Position numbers and translations under genes: made by a program. This document shows positions 32,515 to 39,612 of a stretch of DNA of 64,000 bases, in pieces. Every line of letters begins with the position of its first letter. Within the stretch, counting starts at the first letter, position 1. Origin of the DNA: Bacteroidota bacterium. Its GTDB lineage: Bacteria > Bacteroidota > Bacteroidia > Bacteroidales > FEN-979. Location: NCBI GenBank assembly GCA_037139855.1, contig JBAXFM010000001.1, positions 2,503-66,502 on the forward strand, read 5' to 3'. The notes under the pieces are model-generated. The model ran no database searches. It saw only the letters and a list, made by a program, of their open reading frames with translations, and was not told the DNA's origin.

Positions 32515-34143
32515 ATGCTCTCCCTCAAGCTCGCCGATCAGTTCGTTGACCTGCCCGATGATTTCTCGTTCACCATGAACCTGAAATCGCCGATATTCGG
32601 AGATGTCGGGTCCTATTCGTACCCCTTCCGGATCCCGGTCACTCCCCGCAATGCGAGGATACTTGAATTCGTACACCGGGTGGAGAGCACGGCGGATGTG
32701 TACCGATCAGATCCGGGGATGTTTTTGTGGAATGGATTGAGCCTGTTCCAGGGAACGCTTAAGCTGAAGGCATTGAATTCGAAATCTTATGAAGGTGCGA
32801 TGCTGGAGGGTGAAGGTGATTTCTTTTATTCCCGCAAATACGCCTTCCTGCAGGAGGTAGATTTTGGCGAGATGACTTTTGCAACGGAAGCAGCCAGGCT
32901 AACTTATATGAACGAATGCGCCAATACGATATATCCGGCGCGTAATATCGCTTTCCCTCAGATTCTGAATAAGACTTATTTTGATGAATTGCCAGTGAAT
33001 ACAGGCCTTCATTATTTTAATATCTACATCAATTCATTGCTGAAGTCAGAATTCATTGGTGGTGTTACAGAGAGAACGATTCTTGTACCAATGCTATACC
33101 TTCGATTTGTGCTTAAAAAAATCCTGGAGCACCAGGCATATACTTTTGATGATTCATTTTTTGCGTCTGATTCAGACTATAATGCACTTGCGCTGTTTAA
33201 CCTGGTTGATTGCAATACCGGACCATACGGATTTTTTCAATATGATGTCAATAAGCTTCTGCTGAATTACCATCTACCCAGGATCAGTATCAATGATTTC
33301 TTCCTGGGATTGGAGACCTTTTTCAATATTCGTTTTTTTGTCAATAACAGTAATAAAACGGTGAGGCTTATGTCGGTTGATAAAATCGTGAAAGCAACCG
33401 ATTATACTGAATTTTCAAAACAAATAATTTCTGTCAGTACCGATCTTGAAGAGAAGATCACCGGATTCCATTTGACCATGGCCATGGATACAGATGATGA
33501 ACTGTATCAGCCGCGCAAAGATCTTGATGCTGACAGACTGAGCCACCTGAAGGCAAGTGTAAAAACAGTTGCAGATTTGAACCCATGGCCTGCCGATGAC
33601 ATCATGGACCTGCGATATGTTGAAGATAAAAGTAATTATTACATTCTCTGGACGGATAAACTTTGGATGCCATGGTACCCAACGGTTGATCTTTACCTGG
33701 AATATCTTTACAGAACCGCCGACCAGGCGATTGAAACAAAGGTTTCATCGCTGCTGAATGCCAATGTTGGAGAACCTGCAGTGATCGGTAATGCCAGGAC
33801 AGGCTGGAGAGAAGTAACCCAGAAACTATTTTTCGTTCATTACGATCAAACTGATCCGGCACAAAAGAAGGTCATCGCCAGGCCGGCCACAGCAACAAAC
33901 AACCTGTTTTTCGGTGGTGAATATGGCTTGTTTAACAAGCACTACAAAGCCTATTTTGATTTTCGGATGAGCACGAAAATGGTGAAGATCATGAAGCTCA
34001 TGACCATGCAGGAAATAAAGGACTTTGATTTTTCCCGCAAATACATGATTGATGGAATGAAGTATCTGGTAAAAAACATCCAGGTAACTATCAAAAAGGA
34101 CCGGATCATGCCGGCGCTCCTGGAGTGCTACACTTGCCCGTAA
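32515..34143 (+). CDS. hypothetical protein (542 aa), putative baseplate/tail component by position
   Basis: Large ORF at the end of the tail block, followed by a terminator. Confidence 0.65.
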   Translation: MLSLKLADQFVDLPDDFSFTMNLKSPIFGDVGSYSYPFRIPVTPRNARILEFVHRVESTADVYRSDPGMFLWNGLSLFQGTLKLKALNSKSYEGAMLEGEGDFFYSRKYAFLQEVDFGEMTFATEAARLTYMNECANTIYPARNIAFPQILNKTYFDELPVNTGLHYFNIYINSLLKSEFIGGVTERTILVPMLYLRFVLKKILEHQAYTFDDSFFASDSDYNALALFNLVDCNTGPYGFFQYDVNKLLLNYHLPRISINDFFLGLETFFNIRFFVNNSNKTVRLMSVDKIVKATDYTEFSKQIISVSTDLEEKITGFHLTMAMDTDDELYQPRKDLDADRLSHLKASVKTVADLNPWPADDIMDLRYVEDKSNYYILWTDKLWMPWYPTVDLYLEYLYRTADQAIETKVSSLLNANVGEPAVIGNARTGWREVTQKLFFVHYDQTDPAQKKVIARPATATNNLFFGGEYGLFNKHYKAYFDFRMSTKMVKIMKLMTMQEIKDFDFSRKYMIDGMKYLVKNIQVTIKKDRIMPALLECYTCP

Positions 34144-34167
34144 CTATTTATAGGTATATTTTGATGA

Positions 34168-34197
34168 AACCGGTGCCCAGGTGCCGGTTTTTTTATA
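34168..34197 (+). terminator. Rho-independent terminator closing the late block
   Basis: AACCGGTGC-ccag-GTGCCGGTT stem (with G:T pairs) followed by TTTTTTTAT. Confidence 0.7.
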
Positions 34198-34228
34198 ATT
34201 TGCAGGGGCTAACCTAAACCTAACAGTT

Positions 34229-34585
34229 ATGAAAAAACTTTTTATCACAAAATTGCTGATTTTATTGATTTTCGCTATGACATCATGTGTTGGTTCAGAT
34301 TCTTCCACATCTGACAATGATCCAGATGTTAAAAAATTAAGTGTCTATGGAGTTGCTGAGCAATACGTAAAGCAACATTTAAAAAGCCCATCTTCGGCTC
34401 AATTTCCTGAAACTTCCGAAAAGTTAAGGCATGTTGTTAACACTGGTAATGAGGTTTACCTTGTTGATTCATGGGTGGATAGTCAAAATAGTTTTGGTGC
34501 CATGCTGAGAACGAAATTCCATTTAAAAGTTACAGTTGTAGGTGATAATGCTAATTTTTCTGACTTCCAATTAGGCGAGAATTAG
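34229..34585 (+). CDS. small lipoprotein (118 aa), moron-like
   Basis: MKKLFITKLLILLIFAMTSC/VGSDSS is a signal peptide with a lipobox Cys. A/T-rich. Flanked by terminators on both sides. Confidence 0.65.
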   Translation: MKKLFITKLLILLIFAMTSCVGSDSSTSDNDPDVKKLSVYGVAEQYVKQHLKSPSSAQFPETSEKLRHVVNTGNEVYLVDSWVDSQNSFGAMLRTKFHLKVTVVGDNANFSDFQLGEN

Positions 34586-34626
34586 TCAATAGATTGACTT
34601 CTTCATTTTTTATTCCTGTCGAATGA

Positions 34627-34652
34627 ACCCGCCCCATCCCGGCGGGTTTTTT
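34627..34652 (+). terminator. Rho-independent terminator
   Basis: ACCCGCC-ccatccc-GGCGGGT followed by TTTTTTATT. A second small hairpin, AGTCAAT-ag-ATTGACT, lies at ~34584..34599. Confidence 0.7.
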
Positions 34653-34795
34653 ATTATCTTTGACCCGTCGCATACTATATTAATTTCTTGCAGTTAAGGC
34701 ATTCCCCGGTACAGTAAAGGGGAAGCCTTTACACATTTTGTACTGCAAGGTATATGGTGTGCGACAGGTACCGGGGATTTTTAAACCTTCCATAT

Positions 34796-35053
34796 ATGTC
34801 GCGCATCAATTTTGAAGAGATCTTCGCATCTTTTCGCACCAAGTTCCCTCCAGTTCAATCTTTAAAGGACGCATCGCTGAAGTTCACCACTTCGGAGATC
34901 AATGAAATGATGGCCGAATTCATTCCCGACCTGGAGTGGCCCCGTGAGGGGATCACCCGGTTTATGATTGACCAGGGTTATAAATATGAGCCGGTAGAGG
35001 TAAATGAACGGGTCCGTTATTTCTGGCTAATCGGGCAAGGTCCGGAAAATTAG
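34796..35053 (+). CDS. hypothetical protein (85 aa from ATG 34796; 99 aa from ATG 34754)
   Basis: Protein-like sequence (MSRINFEEIFASFRTKF...). Converges on and overlaps the integrase 3' end by 92 nt, so its reality is uncertain. Confidence 0.4.
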   Translation: MSRINFEEIFASFRTKFPPVQSLKDASLKFTTSEINEMMAEFIPDLEWPREGITRFMIDQGYKYEPVEVNERVRYFWLIGQGPEN

Positions 35054-36152
35054 TAGTCAGTACCGCCGATGGCCGTACATTAAACTTGTCCAGGTAAACC
35101 TGAGTTTCCTCCAGGCTCGAGTGGCGCAGCTGCAGCTGCAGATCCCTTACGTTGATTCCGGCCTCGATGGCCATGCCTACACCAGTGTGCTTCAACGAAT
35201 AAATGTTTTTCTCAATTCCGTAGTGATCCGCAAACTCCCGCCATGCTTCCGCGATCCTGGTTGGAGCATATTCCTTTGGGCCCCGCTTCTGGTTTTTTGC
35301 AAAGACAAAGAAATTTCCCGGGAACTTCAGATCCAGCTTTGCCAGGATCGGCACCAGGGCATCCGGTATCTGCACGACCTGTTGCTTTTTATTCTTTGAA
35401 GTTGCGCCCAGGGTAATGATTGTTCGTTGCCTCAGGTTGATATGAGAAACCCTCATGCGCACGATCTCCTGCGGCCGGATAAAGCAATAGAAGATCAGGC
35501 AGGCGCAAACGTACAAATCGTAATTCCATTCCGGTAGGTACTGCTGCATGATCATAAGCTCGTCAACATTAAATGCAATAATCGAGGCATCCTGTTTCGG
35601 GAACCGTTCAATATTTTCGAAGGGATTCACCAGGATATATTCGCGCTTTACAAGGACTTTGAAGATGGTCTTCATGGCGGTCACCCGGTTGTTATAGGTC
35701 CTGTTCCCGTTTCCGAGCACTGATTTGGTATAATCCATGAACTCCTGGGCGTGGGTGTAATTGAAATCATCCACCGGCAGGTTGATTAATTTTTTGAATT
35801 CAAGCCACTCCTTGAATTTCTTCACCATGCTGTCGTAGGTATGGGTTGTTCTTTTACGGCACGAGGTGTTCTTCAGGGAGAGCACAAAATCGATGGCCAC
35901 GGAAATACTGGTGTATTTTCTCTCCAGGAAGGCAAATGGATTGTATCCCTGGCGTAATTTCTTATTGAGGACCTTGATCATCTCATGGCCTTTGTCCCGG
36001 CGTCCGGAACAAGTAAGAATTTTTGCAGGAACCCAATGCTGAAACCGGCGATATTTGCCGGTCTCCGGGGATCTGAATGAGTAGTAAACAAACCAGCGTT
36101 TTGTGATATCGCCGCCGGCGTCGAATAGTTTTGCGGTTTTAAAATTTTCCAT
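34962..36152 (-). CDS. int: tyrosine-type site-specific integrase
   Basis: 396 aa from ATG 36152 (MENFKTAKLFDAGGDITKRWFVYYSF...); the track ORF opens 60 nt upstream. Recombinase boxes are readable: CFIRPQE (Arg I), TSKNKKQQVV (Lys), YSLKHTG (box II variant) and LRHSSLEETQVYL (His/Tyr). Confidence 0.9.
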   Translation of the reverse strand: MENFKTAKLFDAGGDITKRWFVYYSFRSPETGKYRRFQHWVPAKILTCSGRRDKGHEMIKVLNKKLRQGYNPFAFLERKYTSISVAIDFVLSLKNTSCRKRTTHTYDSMVKKFKEWLEFKKLINLPVDDFNYTHAQEFMDYTKSVLGNGNRTYNNRVTAMKTIFKVLVKREYILVNPFENIERFPKQDASIIAFNVDELMIMQQYLPEWNYDLYVCACLIFYCFIRPQEIVRMRVSHINLRQRTIITLGATSKNKKQQVVQIPDALVPILAKLDLKFPGNFFVFAKNQKRGPKEYAPTRIAEAWREFADHYGIEKNIYSLKHTGVGMAIEAGINVRDLQLQLRHSSLEETQVYLDKFNVRPSAVLTTNFPDLARLARNNGPVHLPLPAHIYNPGQS

Positions 36153-36208
36153 TTCTTTTTTTGTTTTCCGACCTCGCCAGGTTAAAAAACATCGGTGAAA
36201 TGACCGCA

Positions 36209-36432
36209 GCATTTTGTTTCAAAATGTTTCAATTTTAATCACTGAAACTCTGAAACCCTTGATATTGTTGAGAACTGTAATCTTTGTAGCGGGGACAGGA
36301 CTAAATCCCAAATAACCCCCAATTAAATATCAAGTTGTTAGCTGCTTTTTCACTGTGTTTTTAAGTGCATTTTGAGGCATTTTGTTTCAGTTTGTGTTTC
36401 GGTTTTAATGGCCGTGTCCTTTGATATTATTG
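36209..36432. promoter_or_regulatory. Repeat-rich int upstream region: candidate attP arm sites and/or int promoter-operator
   Basis: ~60-bp imperfect direct repeat, with both copies reading GCATTTTGTTTCA...TTTTAAT...TTGATATTnTTG (36209..36270 and 36377..36432). GTTTCA at 36216 and 36226 faces TGAAAC at 36243 and 36251. GTTTCA/GTTTCG at 36384 and 36396. Confidence 0.4.
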
Positions 36433-36463
36433 CTGTTCATCGTTCCTTCGCCGAAACATTCCA

Positions 36464-36745
36464 TCATGGATTCAGATCGTCCAGTTCACTACGTAGTAAA
36501 TCTGAAAGATATACATCGACCATCTTTAGATCGTCGAGCCCTTTCTGAATTTCTTGCTCTTGTCGAATCCGAAGAGTCTTCTCAAAGGTGTTTAATCTGT
36601 CGGGCGTCTGTAAAGCTACGTAAGCTAAAAAGGCTGTTTCAAGGGCTGCTACACGCGCCTTGGTCGAAATCATGTTGTCGATTAGGAATTTAATGATATC
36701 GTCCCGATCAAACTTCATTGTGTCGCCTTCTTTGTTTCCCATCAA
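36464..36745 (-). CDS. hypothetical protein (93 aa; 84 aa from ATG 36718)
   Basis: Charged, helical-looking sequence on the lysogeny strand between repressor and integrase. Preferred over the opposite-strand ORF 36421..36693. Confidence 0.5.
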   Translation of the reverse strand: MMGNKEGDTMKFDRDDIIKFLIDNMISTKARVAALETAFLAYVALQTPDRLNTFEKTLRIRQEQEIQKGLDDLKMVDVYLSDLLRSELDDLNP

Positions 36746-36845
36746 ACCAAACTATTTACGAAACCTAAATCTACTATACACGTAGTAATGCACTCAAACA
36801 CGTTAAGGACCAGTAATGGGGGCAGGGGGTTGCTGTGTACAAGCC

Positions 36846-37211
36846 TTAAGAACCGACTTTACCGAGACCGAGTTTTTCTCGCAAATCATCAATTTGCCTA
36901 TGTAGCTCAATCTCGTTTTTTACATATCCGTCTATTTGGGTATTTAACCGCTTTATGATTGTAGCGGAATTTTCCCCATAGGTCATTTCAATTTCATTCT
37001 TTATCTCTTGATCTTCCTCCTGGAACCAATAAGCCATTGGTATTTTCAATGCCTTACTGACCTTAAGGAGTGTATCAACCTTTAATGTATCACCCTCACA
37101 AGCAAGTTTAAAACCCTTTTCTCCCATTTTAGCAAATTTCGGTATGAAATATTTAAGCCGATAATTCCGCTTTTCAATTTCTTCCTTAATCTTTTGGTAA
37201 TTAATTGTCAT
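36846..37211 (-). CDS. XRE/cI-like HTH transcriptional repressor (121 aa)
   Basis: GEKGFKLACEGDTLKVDTLLKVSKALKIPMAYWF resembles an XRE-family helix-turn-helix. Same strand as the integrase and divergent from the + strand early genes. Confidence 0.6.
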   Translation of the reverse strand: MTINYQKIKEEIEKRNYRLKYFIPKFAKMGEKGFKLACEGDTLKVDTLLKVSKALKIPMAYWFQEEDQEIKNEIEMTYGENSATIIKRLNTQIDGYVKNEIELHRQIDDLREKLGLGKVGS

Positions 37212-37353
37212 TTAATAAATTATATTTAGAATAGAAATAAATTACTCGTAAACGGAAATATATTTACCTAAAAACAGAATTCTACTGTACATTTGCGAAC
37301 TGATAACGAACAAATATAGAACATTAGACGAACAAAGTAAATACCTAATTAGC
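37212..37353. promoter_or_regulatory. Divergent-promoter / operator region of the lysis-lysogeny switch
   Basis: 142-bp A/T-rich gap between divergent genes. ACGAACAAA at 37306 and 37328 (22-bp phasing). A third CGAAC at 37296. Confidence 0.4.
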
Positions 37354-37596
37354 ATGATTAATAAGAAAACATTGAAAAAGCTGTATGATAAACTTCCTCT
37401 GGGAAGCGCACAGGTGATCCTTGAACGGATCATCAAGAAAAACCCTGATCTCCATTTCACATTGCGGTATGTACAGGCTGTGTTGAACCCCGAAGATAAG
37501 CGATACAATACCATCATCATTGAAGAAGCGATTCAATACCTGGAAGATTACAATGATCGCAATGATGATTTAGAAAAGCGAATAATTCAATCCTGA
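37354..37596 (+). CDS. hypothetical protein in the cro position (80 aa)
   Basis: First + strand gene, divergent from the repressor. No clear HTH is readable. Confidence 0.5.
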   Translation: MINKKTLKKLYDKLPLGSAQVILERIIKKNPDLHFTLRYVQAVLNPEDKRYNTIIIEEAIQYLEDYNDRNDDLEKRIIQS

Positions 37597-37624
37597 ATTA
37601 TATCATCCCAAACACACACAAACC

Positions 37625-38185
37625 ATGAACACACAAATCAACACAATGCCGGCAGGATTCCAACCTGCAAAATCTGAGTTCTTTGTCATGAATGGCGAAG
37701 TTCAATTTATTGAGGATAGATTGATCCACCCATTTGATGAGATAACCATTGACCAGGCTACGACCTTGCGCCAAGAACTGGATGCAGATCACAAAGCATT
37801 GGCCGGTCTCGATCTGCTCGGTGTCACCGATCCGATTGAGCAGCTGAAGCAATTTGTTTTCTGTCGGTTCGGTGAATTTGACAAAATAGCCGATCTCGAT
37901 GAAAATGGAATTACCCATTCTGAATACTGGGATTGCGGCCGCCGGCCTTGTGCAGCCGATGGGCTGTTGTGCAAATTCCCTGAGGTTAAATCCGGGCATC
38001 TCACTCATCACGACCTGGTCATCATTCGCATGGTGGCAAAGGATCTTACCAACCAACAGATTGCTGCCTACCTGGGCACCTCTGTTCATACCGTAAACAA
38101 GGAGTGTCAGCAGATCGCTCATAAAATCGGTGGGTTCTCAAAGTCGATAATCGCATTTTTTGCAGGAAAAAACAACATTCACTAA
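37625..38185 (+). CDS. LuxR/GerE-type HTH regulator with a Cys-containing N-terminal domain (186 aa)
   Basis: C-terminal LTHHDLVIIRMVAKDLTNQQIAAYLGTSVHTVNKECQQIAHKIG matches the LuxR-C HTH pattern (LT.RE..VL.L.A.G.SNKEIA..L.IS..TVK.H...I..KLG). The N-terminal ~125 aa are unassigned and include DCGRRPCAADGLLC. Confidence 0.75.
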   Translation: MNTQINTMPAGFQPAKSEFFVMNGEVQFIEDRLIHPFDEITIDQATTLRQELDADHKALAGLDLLGVTDPIEQLKQFVFCRFGEFDKIADLDENGITHSEYWDCGRRPCAADGLLCKFPEVKSGHLTHHDLVIIRMVAKDLTNQQIAAYLGTSVHTVNKECQQIAHKIGGFSKSIIAFFAGKNNIH

Positions 38186-38464
38186 ATGGATATCATTTCA
38201 AAGGGTCCGGAACTTCCGGATCCATCCCAACTCGACCTGTTTGCAATTGGTGCCCAGGAAGCCGATCCGGTTAAAAACTCCACGGTTTCGGCAGAAAGCA
38301 GCCAGGCAAACGAACCACTGATCAGATCGCCAACTTTTAACGCTCAGGTTACGCCTGAAAATGGGAAAAATTTTGATCATGCAAGTTCCCTGCACCGCAA
38401 GAGCAGGGAACTTGTTAAAAAATCTTACGAAATGAAACTTGCGGATAACGACCTCGCCAGGTAA
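38186..38464 (+). CDS. hypothetical protein (92 aa)
   Basis: Starts immediately after the LuxR-type gene stop. Confidence 0.5.
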   Translation: MDIISKGPELPDPSQLDLFAIGAQEADPVKNSTVSAESSQANEPLIRSPTFNAQVTPENGKNFDHASSLHRKSRELVKKSYEMKLADNDLAR

Positions 38465-38478
38465 CATAAAAAAAAACA

Positions 38479-38697
38479 ATGAGCGCCACAACCTTTTCAA
38501 ATATGAGTGATCCTGACATCCTATTATCGGTTCAGGCATATACAATAATGAAATTAGATTTGGAGAATAAGTTGCTTCTCTATGGTGATCGGCCTAAATA
38601 TCTTGATGAATCAGAATCCGCAAAAAACAAGATTGCCCGTCTCAATCAGCTGGTTGATGCTTTACAGAATGAATGGACTAAACGTGATAATTCATAA
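38479..38697 (+). CDS. hypothetical protein (72 aa)
   Basis: Compact early-operon ORF. Confidence 0.5.
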   Translation: MSATTFSNMSDPDILLSVQAYTIMKLDLENKLLLYGDRPKYLDESESAKNKIARLNQLVDALQNEWTKRDNS

Positions 38698-38701
38698 TCC
38701 T

Positions 38702-39187
38702 ATGCAGATGTTTGACCTTAAATCGTTCGAAGTGTGCCCGCAAACCGGAATCACTTCTTTTGAGATGACCTGGGATCTCGGTCATGGTGTTAAATCTGAC
38801 CGTGGAAGCTTTGTCGACCGGACGGATGCTGAAAAGTACGTTCTGTCATCAAAACGCAGCTATATCCTGCTAATGTTCTCAAAATTCGTTGTGCATTCCC
38901 GGGTTCTGTTTGAAACCGGCCACCATGATTTCTATCGCAAAGAGTCGAAGCTCGCTTCTTTAGACCGTTGCATAAAGTACAATTCATGGTTACAGGACAA
39001 GAAGCTCGAGGAGATTTGCAAGGTAATCCTTGCCCTGGAGGAAGACCTGCACAAAATACTGCCATCCCCGGCTAATCCATCGCATTCCTCCAGCGAAAGC
39101 AAGATCATCGACATGATCCTTTTTTGCAAGAAAGAGCTGCAGAACTATCCCAAAAATCAAAATCATCAATTAACCCGCGAAAAATGA
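38702..39187 (+). CDS. hypothetical protein (161 aa from ATG 38702)
   Basis: Full-length version of the truncated ORF at 1..440. The track ORF opens at 38582 but overlaps the upstream gene. ATG 38702 lies 5 nt after its stop. Confidence 0.6.
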   Translation: MQMFDLKSFEVCPQTGITSFEMTWDLGHGVKSDRGSFVDRTDAEKYVLSSKRSYILLMFSKFVVHSRVLFETGHHDFYRKESKLASLDRCIKYNSWLQDKKLEEICKVILALEEDLHKILPSPANPSHSSSESKIIDMILFCKKELQNYPKNQNHQLTREK

Positions 39188-39588
39188 AAGAAGAATTGAA
39201 TTATACAACGCCAAAAACATCGAAGGAAATATCCGAATTAGGGATCAGGTGGAAAGCCTCAAAGTACTGGGCCTTTGTTCCCGGTCAAAATCATTTTATC
39301 CTTAAAAACAAAGGAGAATATTTTCAAAAGGCTTTCCCGGCCTACAATATGACTGAACTCGGGCACATGATCCCGTTCGGTTTTTTCAATGAAATGAAGA
39401 TCCATAAGTATCTCAACGGATACTTCAAGTTAAAAATGAGTGACGGGAAATGGAGAACGTTTACCAGTGAAGCCGAAGCCAGGGCAAGGTACCTGATCGA
39501 TCTGATCACCATCGGAAAAGTCACCATTGATGATCCTGCCAAAAAAGCACAGGTTTCTGATAAACATCTTCCTCCAGTTAAAGATTAA
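39184..39588 (+). CDS. hypothetical protein (134 aa)
   Basis: Exact second copy of 437..841 (offset +38747). Confidence 0.6.
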   Translation: MKEELNYTTPKTSKEISELGIRWKASKYWAFVPGQNHFILKNKGEYFQKAFPAYNMTELGHMIPFGFFNEMKIHKYLNGYFKLKMSDGKWRTFTSEAEARARYLIDLITIGKVTIDDPAKKAQVSDKHLPPVKD

Positions 39589-39612
39589 CCACTCATTTTT
39601 CTGCCATAATTT

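Larger units (their letters stand above)
1..38747. mobile_element. One complete turn of a 38,747-bp temperate phage genome (arbitrary start point)
   Basis: Contains replication, capsid, terminase, lysis, tail and integrase/repressor modules and no recognisable host gene. The sequence restarts exactly at 38748. Confidence 0.85.

Noticed and set aside
36421-36693. A 90-aa + strand ORF opposite the 93-aa minus-strand gene
   Set aside because: It would be a lone + strand gene inside the minus-strand lysogeny operon. Its start lies in the int upstream repeat region, and its sequence is less protein-like than the minus-strand product.
37598-38122. A 174-aa minus-strand ORF opposite the LuxR-type gene
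   Set aside because: It is a codon-aligned antisense frame. The + strand product has a clear LuxR HTH.
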